Source of the DNA: a bacterium
GTDB lineage: Bacteria; Zhuqueibacterota; Zhuqueibacteria; Residuimicrobiales; Krinioviventaceae
Reading direction: 5' to 3'
DNA length: 64,000 nucleotides
NCBI GenBank assembly: GCA_963693055.1
Contig: OY843751.1
Location: forward strand, 3,072,001 to 3,136,000
In this document: one piece after another, positions 29,417 to 39,716 of the stretch
Layout: each line of letters begins with the position of its first letter
Numbering within the stretch: position 1 is the stretch's first letter
The notes under the pieces: model-generated
The model's input: the letters and a program-made list of their open reading frames with translations, nothing else
Databases searched by the model: none
What the model was told of the DNA's origin: nothing
Position numbers and translations under genes: made by a program

Positions 29417-30169
29417 ATGAGTTATATTGATTCAAAAATTTTGAAACAGATATCTAATGCTCAAAATGTTGTAATACTAACAGGAGCAGGTATTAGTGCG
29501 GAAAGTGGTGTTCCCACATTTCGAGGTAACGAAGGTCTTTGGAAAAACATTGATCCTATCAAACTTGCCAGTCAGGAAGCTTTCAGTAAGAATCCGGAAT
29601 TAGTATGGGAATGGTATGAATACCGAAAGTCCATTATTAATTCGGTTAAACCGAATCCAGGTCATTACGCACTTTATGAATTAGAAACATTGTTCAATAC
29701 CTTTACTCTTTGTACTCAAAATGTGGATGGTTTGCATCAAATGGCTGGTAGTAAAAATGTACTAGAGTTACATGGTAATATCCATAAAAGCCGTTGCAAC
29801 CGCTGTTATCAGAACTATGACAATATACACTATTCAAAAACAACAGAACTGCCCAAATGCACATGTGGCGCTTTGCTAAGACCAAATGTTGTTTGGTTCG
29901 GTGAAAACCTTCCAGAGGATGTTATTGAAGCATCTTTCAAAGCAGCGGTATCAGCCAATGTATTCATAGTTGCAGGAACTTCATCTGTTGTTTATCCTGC
30001 AGCCATGCTTCCACAAGAAGCGAGTAAAAATGGTGCATTGCTAATTGAAATTAACATGACAGAAACACCTCTTACTCCACTTGTTGACCAATTTATACCA
30101 GGTAAAACAGGTGAAAAAATACCAGAGTTGCTAAAGTCAATACATACATTTAGGAAAATCAATGCTTGA
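29417..30169 (+). CDS. cobB: NAD-dependent deacylase (class III sirtuin)
   Basis: GAGISAESGVPTFRG, WYEYR (YxxR, desuccinylase-type), TQNVDGLH, HG, CxxC..CxC, RPNVVWFGE. Confidence 0.95.
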   Translation: MSYIDSKILKQISNAQNVVILTGAGISAESGVPTFRGNEGLWKNIDPIKLASQEAFSKNPELVWEWYEYRKSIINSVKPNPGHYALYELETLFNTFTLCTQNVDGLHQMAGSKNVLELHGNIHKSRCNRCYQNYDNIHYSKTTELPKCTCGALLRPNVVWFGENLPEDVIEASFKAAVSANVFIVAGTSSVVYPAAMLPQEASKNGALLIEINMTETPLTPLVDQFIPGKTGEKIPELLKSIHTFRKINA

Positions 30170-32549
30170 CAGAAAATATTTTAAAATTGTTTTATTCATA
30201 ATTCCAACGTTTGTACTCTTGTTTTCAGGCTGTGCATATTATAACACGTTTTACAATGCTAAACAGTTTTATAAAGATGCAGAAAAAGACAGAATAGAGC
30301 GTGAAAAGAAAATGGTTGTTGAGCTTACCGAACAGGAAAAAGCAGAAAGAAAAAAAGCCGGTGAAGCCACGATAAATGCTTCTGAAAAACCCAGTCAGCA
30401 GGAAATGCAAAACTACCAAAAAGCTATTGAACGAGCATCAAGAGTTTTGGAATTTTATCCGGATAGCAAGTATGTTGATGATGCACTGATGTTATTGGGA
30501 AGATGCTTTTATTATCGCCAGGAATACAAAAAATCACAACGAAAATTTGAAGAGATTATGCAATTATACCCGGATAGTGATTTTATTCCGGAAGCGAAAT
30601 TATTAATGGCAAAATGCCAACTAGGATTGGAAGAATTTGATACAGCAGAAACACAATTTTTAAATTTATCTATTGCTAAAAATACCCCCAAGGAAATTCA
30701 GGAAGAAGCCAAATTTGAGCTTGCCGGTTTGTATTTTAAAAAGCAAAGTTATGAACTGGCCGCTCAAAACTATGCCAGTTCTGCCCAAGAAGCCGATGAT
30801 AAACTCATTCGTGCCATGTCGCTCTATAGATTGGGTGAATGTAATATTGAATTGCAAGACTTTCAGGAAGCTATTAATCTTTTTAAACGATCTGCTAAAG
30901 AAAGCCCAAATGAAGAATTTAAATCTCAGGCGACATATAAACTAGGGGCCGCATATGGTTTTGCAGGAGAATATGATAACGCAATTGAAACATATGACAA
31001 GCTATTATCTACAGAATATGACGACACACGTATCCCTATGATCAAACTGGCACTTGCTGAAAACCTGCATAAAAAAGGAGAATTGGAAGAAGCTGTAAAT
31101 TGGTATCTTAATATTATTGAAGAACATAAACGTACAGATGCTTCAGCAAGAAGTTATTATGCTTTGGGTACAATAGAAGAGTATATCAACAAGGATTATC
31201 AAAGAGCCAAAGAAAATTATGATATGGTACGAAGTGAATTTGCTAATTCACTTATCGCACCAGACGCAAAAGACAGATCTGATAATATTCGAATATTATT
31301 GGATTTGAATAAAGAAATAGCCAAACTGGAAGGAAGATATGTAGAAACTGATTCCACGGAAGGCGAAGGTGATCCCAATCAATTGGCAGAACGGGAGCAA
31401 CGCGATGATGCCCCCATTAGTCTCTCCAGTGATGGAATGTGGATAAATTATGCAGGCAGACATCGTCCACCTCCAGCAACATTACTCGATCTTACGGATG
31501 AAGACCTGGAGCGTTCAGCAATTGCTACGCAAATGTCAGCAACAGCAGATTCAACAGATTCCACAGGAGCCAAAATTGCAACCAAACCCGCGATGCTAGA
31601 CAGTGCCGCACTGGCAGAAATGAAAGCAAAACAGGAACGAGAAAAAATCTTTATCCTTGCTGAAAAACGAATGGCACTTGCTGAAATTTTATTTTTCAAC
31701 TTTGACAAGCCGGATTCAGCAGCCAGATTGTATGAAACAATAATTGAAAATCAAGTAGACTCTTCTATTTCAACGAGTGCAATGTATTCTTTGGGATATT
31801 TATATAAAAATGTATTGCAGGATTCAATAAAAGCCGATTCAGTATTACACTCTCTCATTACTTTTAGTCCAGAAAGCGAACAAGCCAAAGGCGCCAAAAA
31901 GTTATTGGGTTTAGCCATTGTTGAAGATAAAATAGACTCTGCGTTTATCTATTTTAAAAAAGCAGAAAATGCCTATTGGGAAGAAGAAAACCCTGATAAA
32001 GCAATCGAGTTATATGAGTATGTTATTGAAAATTACCCGGATTCAGAATACGCCCCCAAATCTGCATTTGCACGGGCTTGGATGTATGAAAAAATACTCG
32101 TTCAACCTGAACAAGCACTCGAATTGTACAAGAATTTTATTGAGCAATGGCCAGAAACGGATTACACTCAAAAAATGATCAAACCCAGATTAGCTGCGGT
32201 AGACAATTACCTAAAAGCTGAAGAAGCAAAACAAAAAGCAATTGCAGACTCTATTGCCAAAGCTGAAGCAGCATTGCAGGATTCATTAAACGCAGCTAAT
32301 GGTGATTCGCTAGCAGCTACCACAGTTGCAGATTCACTGGATTCCAATTCCGTCATTCAAAATGACAGTACAGTAGCTAATGATGGTAAAAGATTATCAT
32401 TGCCTGCAAATGTAAACACACAACAACCCGGCGAAGATCAAGCTGAAAACAAACCTGCAGCCGAAGCAAAGCCACCGGAAAATCAGGAGCTACCAGCTAC
32501 TCCACCTGCCAGTGATACCGCACCCCAAGATAAAGGGAAAACGAATTGA
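30162..32549 (+). CDS. TPR lipoprotein, PorW/SprE- or BamD-like
   Basis: Lipobox FSGC then AYYNTFYNAK; many YPDS-type TPRs; low-complexity D/S/A/P tail. Confidence 0.8.
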   Translation: MLDRKYFKIVLFIIPTFVLLFSGCAYYNTFYNAKQFYKDAEKDRIEREKKMVVELTEQEKAERKKAGEATINASEKPSQQEMQNYQKAIERASRVLEFYPDSKYVDDALMLLGRCFYYRQEYKKSQRKFEEIMQLYPDSDFIPEAKLLMAKCQLGLEEFDTAETQFLNLSIAKNTPKEIQEEAKFELAGLYFKKQSYELAAQNYASSAQEADDKLIRAMSLYRLGECNIELQDFQEAINLFKRSAKESPNEEFKSQATYKLGAAYGFAGEYDNAIETYDKLLSTEYDDTRIPMIKLALAENLHKKGELEEAVNWYLNIIEEHKRTDASARSYYALGTIEEYINKDYQRAKENYDMVRSEFANSLIAPDAKDRSDNIRILLDLNKEIAKLEGRYVETDSTEGEGDPNQLAEREQRDDAPISLSSDGMWINYAGRHRPPPATLLDLTDEDLERSAIATQMSATADSTDSTGAKIATKPAMLDSAALAEMKAKQEREKIFILAEKRMALAEILFFNFDKPDSAARLYETIIENQVDSSISTSAMYSLGYLYKNVLQDSIKADSVLHSLITFSPESEQAKGAKKLLGLAIVEDKIDSAFIYFKKAENAYWEEENPDKAIELYEYVIENYPDSEYAPKSAFARAWMYEKILVQPEQALELYKNFIEQWPETDYTQKMIKPRLAAVDNYLKAEEAKQKAIADSIAKAEAALQDSLNAANGDSLAATTVADSLDSNSVIQNDSTVANDGKRLSLPANVNTQQPGEDQAENKPAAEAKPPENQELPATPPASDTAPQDKGKTN

Positions 32550-33361
32550 CAGTAAAGAAAAAAGCGACCCCCGTTCCAATTGTTGACATTAAAGAAACTG
32601 CTCAGGATACATTTCAGTTTACACTATCTGATCCTGAAATTGCTGCAAACTCTCATTCAGGACAGTTTGTAAATATTTCCATTAAAGACATTCCCAATTT
32701 ATTATGGCGCAGACCATTGGGTATACATCAGTGTGATCCCGAAAAGGGTACATTTGACATATTATTCAAGGCGATTGGCAGGGGTACAAAAGCAATCTCT
32801 CAATTAAAAACAGGCGATATGCTCGACATACTTGGGCCACTGGGTAATACATTTGATTACCCGGAGGATTTGAACGAGGTAATTATTGTTGCCGGAGGTT
32901 TAGGGATAGCTCCGTTTATACTCATGCTGCAGGACATAGCGGATCGGGAAATTGCCTCCACCCTCTTTTTTGGTGTTAAAAACTCAAAAGAATTATGTTG
33001 TATTGAGGCATTTAAATCTTTTAACACCGACATTCATATTTCCACAGAAGATGGGAGCTTTGGTGATAAGGGGCTGGTAACCTCAAGTCTTGAGCAATAT
33101 TTATCATCACTTGATACTGTCAAGGGTAAACAAATGTATGTATGTGGCCCCACACCCATGCTCAAAGCTGTAAAAGAAATTGCAGAGAAATATCATATCA
33201 ATGCCCAGGTTTCGATGGAAACAATAATGGCTTGCGGCTTTGGGGCCTGTATGGGCTGCCCGGTACCGCTTGAGAATCCCACAAAAGAAGGCAAAGACTA
33301 CTTGCTTGCCTGTAAAGACGGCCCTGTATTTAACATGAAAGATATAATCATAAATGAGTGA
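32546..33361 (+). CDS. pyrK: Dihydroorotate dehydrogenase electron transfer subunit
   Basis: GQFV, RRP, GPLGN, AGGLGIAP, CGPTPML, MACGFGACMGC, CKDGPVF. Confidence 0.95.
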   Translation: MTVKKKATPVPIVDIKETAQDTFQFTLSDPEIAANSHSGQFVNISIKDIPNLLWRRPLGIHQCDPEKGTFDILFKAIGRGTKAISQLKTGDMLDILGPLGNTFDYPEDLNEVIIVAGGLGIAPFILMLQDIADREIASTLFFGVKNSKELCCIEAFKSFNTDIHISTEDGSFGDKGLVTSSLEQYLSSLDTVKGKQMYVCGPTPMLKAVKEIAEKYHINAQVSMETIMACGFGACMGCPVPLENPTKEGKDYLLACKDGPVFNMKDIIINE

Positions 33362-34265
33362 TTTAAAAGTTAAAATCGGTAGTATGGAAATGGCAAACCC
33401 GGTATCGGTGGCAAGTGGTACGTTTGGATATGCGGAAGAATTTAAAGATTTTTTTGACCTGAATGCATTGGGTGCTATTGTAACCAAAACAGTAACCATT
33501 GAGCCCAGACCTGGAAATGCTCCACCAAGAATTGCAGAAACTTCCGGGGGCATGCTCAACTCTATTGGTCTACCTAATGTGGGAGTACAACAATTTATTA
33601 AAGAAAAGATGCCGTTCTTGCGAACATTAACAACAAAAATCATAGTTAACGTAGCAGGCAAAACCGATAAAGACTATCCGGAAATTATTTCCATTCTTAA
33701 CGATGTACCGGGTATTGATGCTTATGAACTCAACTATTCCTGCCCTAACGTTAAGGAAGGCGGACTCTCTTTTAGTGCTAATCCTCAGGTTGCAGAGGCT
33801 GTTACTCAAAATGTGCGAAAACAAACCACTCGCCCTATAATCGCCAAGCTTACACCCAATGTTACATCCATCGGTGAAATTGGTAGAGCTGTTGAAAATG
33901 GTGGTGCTGACGCAGTAAGCGCAATTAATACATTAGTTGGCATGGCAATAGACATTAGAACTCGGAAACCCAAAATATCAACAGTAACTGCAGGTTATTC
34001 AGGACCATCAATAAAACCCATTGCACTCGCTAAAGTATATGAACTTTATAATTCTATTTCCATTCCGATTATGGGAATTGGTGGTATAGAAAATACAACC
34101 GATGCTCTGGAATTCATGATGGCGGGAGCATCCGCTATTCAGGTCGGTACTGCCAATTTCTATAATCCTCTTGCTTCTTTTCAAATAACCCAGGGACTCG
34201 ATACCTGGTGCAAAGAACAAAATATTTCTCAACTATCACAGCTAACCGGTTCATTAGTACCATAA
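33354..34265 (+). CDS. pyrD: Dihydroorotate dehydrogenase family 1B catalytic subunit
   Basis: ASGTFG, MLNSIGL, NYSCPNV, KLTPNV, INTL, SGPSIKP. Confidence 0.96.
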   Translation: MSDLKVKIGSMEMANPVSVASGTFGYAEEFKDFFDLNALGAIVTKTVTIEPRPGNAPPRIAETSGGMLNSIGLPNVGVQQFIKEKMPFLRTLTTKIIVNVAGKTDKDYPEIISILNDVPGIDAYELNYSCPNVKEGGLSFSANPQVAEAVTQNVRKQTTRPIIAKLTPNVTSIGEIGRAVENGGADAVSAINTLVGMAIDIRTRKPKISTVTAGYSGPSIKPIALAKVYELYNSISIPIMGIGGIENTTDALEFMMAGASAIQVGTANFYNPLASFQITQGLDTWCKEQNISQLSQLTGSLVP

Positions 34266-34279
34266 ATTTTATAAAAACA

Positions 34280-34723
34280 ATGAATTTATTCAGGAATCGT
34301 TTTCATTTCTTGTTATTTTTTATTATAATACCAAGTGTATTTTGTGTTCCGGATCCCAGGTATAGAGCGAATAACAGCATGGTATCCGAACCATCAAATC
34401 AAAAGCAGTCTTTTCAATCAAAAATATATGAACGTGGTATAGCTTCGTATATGGGAAAAGAGTTGAACGGGCGCAAGACCGCAAATGGTGAATCATACAA
34501 TATGTGGGCAATGGCTGCCGCACATAAAAAATTACCATTCGGTACCATAGTCCAGGTTAAAAATTTAAAAAATAACAAAACAGTCAATGTAAGAATCAAC
34601 GACAGAGGTCCTTTTGTTAAGGGTCGTGTTATTGACGTTACATTTGCTGCCGCACAAAAACTTGATTTCGTCAATGACGGGCTAGCTCAGGTAGAGTTAT
34701 ATATAATTCAACCCGTGCAATGA
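34280..34723 (+). CDS. rlpA: RlpA-family septal ring lytic transglycosylase (DPBB)
   Basis: GIASY, TANGE, AAHKKLPFGT, VRINDRGPF, GRVIDV. Confidence 0.9.
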   Translation: MNLFRNRFHFLLFFIIIPSVFCVPDPRYRANNSMVSEPSNQKQSFQSKIYERGIASYMGKELNGRKTANGESYNMWAMAAAHKKLPFGTIVQVKNLKNNKTVNVRINDRGPFVKGRVIDVTFAAAQKLDFVNDGLAQVELYIIQPVQ

Positions 34724-34739
34724 TGGATCCGGAGGTATT

Positions 34740-35567
34740 TTGAATTATAAAGATTTTCTGGTTCGGTTTCTTGTTGCCCTGGTTATGGGGCCATTATTAA
34801 TAGCTACATTTTATTTCGGTAAAATCTATCTACTCATCTTTGTAACCCTGGTTACCTGGTTGTCGCTAAAAGAATTTTTTGACATGTCACGTAACAAAGA
34901 GGTTTACGGGCAACTGATAATTGGTGGTGCTTCTGCCCTGATTATTCTAACATCCATCTATTTTCACTCTCCCGAAGCAATTGCAACTTTTGTGCTCATG
35001 TCTATCATTGCAATATTCTTTAAAGAATTGTATCAAAAACAGGGTTCTCCCCTATTGAATGCTTCCGTAACATTGTTCGGCACCTTGTTTCTCAGCTTTT
35101 TACTGGGAAGTTTTATATTATTACGCCAACTCCCCTTATACAAAGGCATTCCATACAATTGGGGTGGCAGCTGGCTGGTTATGATCCTGTTAACCACATG
35201 GTTATGTGATACTGCTGCATACGTTCTGGGTTCCATGTTCGGTAAACACAAACTGATAAAGCGTATTAGTCCCAATAAATCAATAGAGGGATCTGCTGCA
35301 GGATTTGTTTTCTCCATCGTTGGCGTGTTGATCTGCCATTTCTGGTTCGTTCACGGTCTTGAGCTTAAAGACTCTATCATTATTGGTGCTATAATCGGTA
35401 GTTTTGGTCAATATGGTGATTTGTTTGAATCCATGATTAAACGCGATGCAGGTGTTAAAGACTCATCAAACCTGATTCCCGGGCATGGTGGAGTTTATGA
35501 CAGGTTTGACAGCCTTATGGTTTCAACCCCCTTGATTTACATCTATTTAAATTTCTATGCCCTTTAA
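34740..35567 (+). CDS. cdsA: Phosphatidate cytidylyltransferase
   Basis: WLCDTAAY, ISPNKSIEG, GDLFESMIKRDAGVKDS, PGHGGVYDRFD. Confidence 0.96.
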   Translation: MNYKDFLVRFLVALVMGPLLIATFYFGKIYLLIFVTLVTWLSLKEFFDMSRNKEVYGQLIIGGASALIILTSIYFHSPEAIATFVLMSIIAIFFKELYQKQGSPLLNASVTLFGTLFLSFLLGSFILLRQLPLYKGIPYNWGGSWLVMILLTTWLCDTAAYVLGSMFGKHKLIKRISPNKSIEGSAAGFVFSIVGVLICHFWFVHGLELKDSIIIGAIIGSFGQYGDLFESMIKRDAGVKDSSNLIPGHGGVYDRFDSLMVSTPLIYIYLNFYAL

Positions 35568-35571
35568 ATCA

Positions 35572-35730
35572 TTACAATTTCTGAAAATCTGATTTTGCTG
35601 CTCCACAAACGGGACATTCCCAATCTTCCGGAAGATCTTCAAATTTTGTTCCGGGTTCAACCCCACTATCAGGATCACCACTCTCAGGATCATAAACATA
35701 ACCACACTGTGTACAAATATACTTTTCCAT
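35572..35730 (-). CDS. Rubredoxin, 52 aa (not in ORF track)
   Basis: Translated by hand: [60 protein letters not shown]. Confidence 0.96.
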   Translation of the reverse strand: MEKYICTQCGYVYDPESGDPDSGVEPGTKFEDLPEDWECPVCGAAKSDFQKL

Positions 35731-35811
35731 AGTTTTATCCTCTGTTTTTAAAATTTTGTATTTTAAATATTAGTTAATTCAATAGAATTATTCAATAAAA
35801 TTTTAATCACA

Positions 35812-36441
35812 TCAAACATGAAAATTAATCAATTCTTCAAGTTTTTCCTTAAACATTCCCAAATGAATTCCATCTACAAACATATGATTTACCTGAATAT
35901 TGTAAGGTAAAAATACCTTCTGATCTCTTGAAAAATATTTGCCCCAGGAAATGCGAGGAATTGCATCTTCCTGCTTTAGATTTATTGTATGATCAATACT
36001 GGTAAACGATATCCATGGAATTGCAGAATAGAAAACAAAATCATCTCGATTAATGAAATCCTGAACTTTAAAATATTCTTTTTGACTTGCTGCTTTTTCT
36101 TTAGCAAATTGTACAAATTCAATTAATTCGGTACACATTTTTACTGTAACCATTTTAAACAAATCAGTACCTTTGTCAATATGCGCAAAAGACGGGGTTA
36201 AAAAATCATGCAAAATCACTTTACCTTTTCTTAACCGATATTTAAAATTCTCAATTTCATTCAATGTTCTAGTTGAAAAATAGACAAGTACAAGATTAAT
36301 GGGAAGGTCATTAACTTTAGAAAATTCAATCAAGCTTGTAATATCCAAATCAAAACAAATATTATAAAGAGGATATGCTACATTTTTAAAAAAATTAAAA
36401 TGTTCTTTACGACGCCAGGTATCAATATTAATTTCATGCAT
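35812..36441 (-). CDS. Type A chloramphenicol acetyltransferase (CatA)-like O-acetyltransferase
   Basis: IDTWRRKEHFNFF, SAIPWISFTS, PRISWGKY, NHMFVDGIH catalytic HxxxD; start taken at MHEINI. Confidence 0.85.
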   Translation of the reverse strand: MHEINIDTWRRKEHFNFFKNVAYPLYNICFDLDITSLIEFSKVNDLPINLVLVYFSTRTLNEIENFKYRLRKGKVILHDFLTPSFAHIDKGTDLFKMVTVKMCTELIEFVQFAKEKAASQKEYFKVQDFINRDDFVFYSAIPWISFTSIDHTINLKQEDAIPRISWGKYFSRDQKVFLPYNIQVNHMFVDGIHLGMFKEKLEELINFHV

Positions 36442-36571
36442 GTTCAATTTACCTAAAAGAGGAATTTTCCAAAATCCAATCAAGATGTACAATATAATTA
36501 ATTATAAATTTATGATAAAATTACAGGAATCAAAACAATAAAATTTCAGGGTGGAAGATCAAGCACAACGA

Positions 36572-36602
36572 ATACCTTCCCGGTATGAATTCGGGAAGGT
36601 AT
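36572..36602. terminator. Inverted repeat after pfpI, possible terminator
   Basis: ATACCTTCCCG-N9-CGGGAAGGTAT; only a weak U-tract. Confidence 0.5.
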
Positions 36603-36610
36603 AAATAATA

Positions 36611-37135
36611 CTAGTTTTCAAAATACGAAATAATTGCTTTACAATAATCGGGTAAATCATCAGGTCTGCGACTTGAAATCATGTTTCTGTCTACAACAAC
36701 CGGCTCATCTACCCACACTGCCCCAGAATTTGTAATATCATCTTTAATGCCGGGAGTTGAGGTACAACGGTACCCTTTCATAATTCCGGCGGAAATAGTG
36801 ATCCACCCGGCATGACAAATGTGAGCAATAAGCAGGTTCTTTTCATGAAAATACCGGACAGTTTCCAAAACTTTATCCAGACGACGTAACTTGTCAGGTG
36901 CAAATCCACCGGGTATCACCAATCCATCATATTCCTCTGGCTTGATATCATTGATAGAAATATCTGATTCACAAGGATAACCATGTTTACCCTCATAAAC
37001 AATACCAGCCTCCGGACCCGCAACGATGACATTTGCCCCTTCTTCAATCAATCGAATTTTGGGATACCACAACTCAAGATCTTCATAAATATGATCTACA
37101 AACATTAGAATCTTTTTATTCTTTAAATTGGCCAC
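36611..37135 (-). CDS. PfpI/DJ-1 family protease/deglycase
   Basis: YEDLELWYP, IPGGFAPDKLR, ICHAGW nucleophile elbow, SRRPDDLP. Confidence 0.93.
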   Translation of the reverse strand: MANLKNKKILMFVDHIYEDLELWYPKIRLIEEGANVIVAGPEAGIVYEGKHGYPCESDISINDIKPEEYDGLVIPGGFAPDKLRRLDKVLETVRYFHEKNLLIAHICHAGWITISAGIMKGYRCTSTPGIKDDITNSGAVWVDEPVVVDRNMISSRRPDDLPDYCKAIISYFEN

Positions 37136-37192
37136 AACGTTCTCCTTTTAAAAATTCAAACATTGTAACATGGTGGGTTGCTTAAACATTTC

Positions 37193-37226
37193 AAAAAAAA
37201 ACCGTTCAAAGTTGAACGGCTTTTTT
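37193..37226 (-). terminator. Bidirectional rho-independent terminator
   Basis: A9-CCGTTCAA-AG-TTGAACGG-C-T6. Confidence 0.75.
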
Positions 37227-37229
37227 AAA

Positions 37230-38018
37230 TCAATCACCACCTATTAAATCACCAATCCCACCTAGTATTGATCCCTCACCTTTGCGGTTACCTCCGGCTG
37301 CAGGAGCACTTTTAATAATTCTGTCCGCAAGTCGTGAGAATGGTAAACTTTGCAGGTATACAGTGCCTGTTCCCCGCAATGTAGCGAGAAATAATCCTTC
37401 ACCACCAAAGAACATGGATTTCAAGTTCCCGGCTCTTTGAATGTCATAATCCAAGCCTGAAGAAAATGCAGCAATACAACCCGTGTCGACCATAATTACA
37501 TCATTGTTCAATTGTTTTTTTACAATGGTACCACCAGCATGAACAAATGCCATTCCATCACCTCTTAAACGCTGAAGAATAAATCCCTCACCGCCAAAGA
37601 AACCGGTTCCCAATCTTTTTGTAAAAGCTATGCTGACTTCAGTTCCAAGCGCAGCACAAAGAAACGCATCCTTTTGACAAATCAACTCACCGCCAATAGT
37701 AGCCATATCAATAGGAATAATTTTACCGGGATAAGGAGCAGCAAATGCTACCTTTTTTTTGCCTGAACCAGCATTGGTAAAATGTGTCATAAAAATGGAT
37801 TCACCAGTAATAGTACGTTTAGCAACATCTAACAATTTGCCCATCATACCCTGGTCAGCTTTGGAACCATCGCCCATCTTGGCTTCAAAACTGATACCAT
37901 TGTCCATCCAGTTCATTGCACCTGCTTCGGCAATTACAGTTTCATTGGGATCAAGTTCAACCTCAACCACCTGTAAATCATCGCCAATAATCTCATAATC
38001 AATTTCATGACATTTCAT
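37230..38018 (-). CDS. TIGR00266/AIM24 family protein
   Basis: [29 protein letters not shown] twice, [10 protein letters not shown]. Confidence 0.92.
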   Translation of the reverse strand: MKCHEIDYEIIGDDLQVVEVELDPNETVIAEAGAMNWMDNGISFEAKMGDGSKADQGMMGKLLDVAKRTITGESIFMTHFTNAGSGKKKVAFAAPYPGKIIPIDMATIGGELICQKDAFLCAALGTEVSIAFTKRLGTGFFGGEGFILQRLRGDGMAFVHAGGTIVKKQLNNDVIMVDTGCIAAFSSGLDYDIQRAGNLKSMFFGGEGLFLATLRGTGTVYLQSLPFSRLADRIIKSAPAAGGNRKGEGSILGGIGDLIGGD

Positions 38019-38043
38019 TCAATAATCTCCTGAATTTATAATA

Positions 38044-39027
38044 CTATTTTAAAAACAGAGTAGCATCACCTAAACTAAAAAAACGATATTTTTCCTCAAC
38101 CGCACAATCATAAGCTGCCTTAACATTCTCCCAGCCATAGAAAGCGCTTACCAACAGTATCAGTGTTGATTTTGGTAAATGGAAATTGGTAAACAATCCT
38201 TTTATTGGCAATTTAAAATCAAATCCGGGATAAATAAACATATCAGAAAATTCGGATTTTGCTTCTACCCTGCCGGTTTGACGGGCAGAAGACTCTATTG
38301 CTTTCAAAGCTGTTGTACCAACAACAAAAAGTCTCTTTGCATTATTTATTAAATCTGCGGAATCCTGGTCAATTATATAATATTCAGGTTCCATCTTGTG
38401 CTCGGTAATGTTGGGATCCCTCACAGGCAAAAATGTACCAAATCCAACATGCAGGGTAACATACACTATTTTCACACCTATATCATTAATCTGCTGTAAC
38501 AACTCTGGGGTAAAATGTAATCCCGAAGTAGGTGCGGCAAGAGAGCCTGGTTCATCAGCATAAACCGTTTGATACTCGTCTCCTACTGTTCTTTTAATAT
38601 ATGGTGGATTAGGATACAGATGCTGATCAATAACAGATTGTAATTTTTCTTTAAATTCTACAAAAAATATATCATTTTCCTGATCAACCACTTTGACATA
38701 GTGCCCATTAAAAGTAAACTCGTTTCCAACCCTGACTTTTGAACACTGAATACGTGCTTTGGTAACATGTTCATCAATAGGTGCCATAACTATCATTTCT
38801 GCTTTTGCACCGGTTACTTTATTACCAACGAGTTTATTTTTTAAAACACGTGTTTTATTTAATACAAGTACATCATCTTTTTGCAGATAATTTATAGAAT
38901 CATAAAAATGAGCATGTTTATGTGTTTGTCCCTGAACAACCAAAAGTCGGGAATGGCTGCGTGGAGTTACAGCAGTTTGTGCAATCAATTCTTCAGGGAG
39001 GTTGTAATTAAAATCATCAAGTTTCAT
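38044..39027 (-). CDS. queA: S-adenosylmethionine:tRNA ribosyltransferase-isomerase
   Basis: FNYNLPEELIAQ, PPYIKR, YQTVYA, AAPTSGLHF, TNFHLPKST, YRFFSLGD. Confidence 0.96.
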   Translation of the reverse strand: MKLDDFNYNLPEELIAQTAVTPRSHSRLLVVQGQTHKHAHFYDSINYLQKDDVLVLNKTRVLKNKLVGNKVTGAKAEMIVMAPIDEHVTKARIQCSKVRVGNEFTFNGHYVKVVDQENDIFFVEFKEKLQSVIDQHLYPNPPYIKRTVGDEYQTVYADEPGSLAAPTSGLHFTPELLQQINDIGVKIVYVTLHVGFGTFLPVRDPNITEHKMEPEYYIIDQDSADLINNAKRLFVVGTTALKAIESSARQTGRVEAKSEFSDMFIYPGFDFKLPIKGLFTNFHLPKSTLILLVSAFYGWENVKAAYDCAVEEKYRFFSLGDATLFLK

Positions 39028-39034
39028 GTATATA

Positions 39035-39715
39035 TTATCCTAAAATTTCCAGAAAACGTTCAGTGTCAGTTAAATCTTTGAAAACAAAATCGGGTTCATG
39101 CTCTTTAAGCTGGTCAACCGTATAATGAGCAGCTCCAACAGCAATTGAAACCGCATCGTGAGGTTTGGCGCAATGAATATCTGCCGGGGTATCTCCAATG
39201 ACAAACACATCACGCGGATCTGGCTCTAGTTTGTATTGTTGTTTAAAGCGATCAATGGCAAATGGTAACAATTCATTACGAATTCCAGAATCATCAGCAA
39301 AGGCACCAAATGAAAAATAATCGTTTAATCCAAAATAATTTATTTTAATGCGTCCACTTTTCTGCCAGTTACCGGTTAACAGCCCCAGATAAACATCGTC
39401 ATGCTCTACCAGTCTGGGTAACAACTCTTTAATACCAGGCATGAGATATTTGTCACCAATAGGTTTTTGGATTTCTTCATTTAAATAGTTGTAATAACAT
39501 TCTTTATATGATTGAAAGACAGATGGATCAAAGGGTATTGAAAATTTCTCAAGAGCATCCTCAATTATTGAAGTGTCTGTACGACCGGCCAGATTAACAC
39601 CTGCAAGAGCATCCTTAACATGATACACATCAATAAAGGCCTTATTCATGGCTCGCAAACCGGCACCACCACTTAACATGAGTGTTCCGTCTATATCAAA
39701 TAATAAAACTTTCAT
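39035..39715 (-). CDS. HAD-superfamily phosphatase
   Basis: FDIDGTL, AGRTD, LLTGN, IGDTPAD. Confidence 0.9.
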   Translation of the reverse strand: MKVLLFDIDGTLMLSGGAGLRAMNKAFIDVYHVKDALAGVNLAGRTDTSIIEDALEKFSIPFDPSVFQSYKECYYNYLNEEIQKPIGDKYLMPGIKELLPRLVEHDDVYLGLLTGNWQKSGRIKINYFGLNDYFSFGAFADDSGIRNELLPFAIDRFKQQYKLEPDPRDVFVIGDTPADIHCAKPHDAVSIAVGAAHYTVDQLKEHEPDFVFKDLTDTERFLEILG

Positions 39716-39716
39716 A

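Noticed and set aside
33107-33661. 184-aa minus-strand ORF
   Set aside because: Antisense to pyrK/pyrD; no motifs
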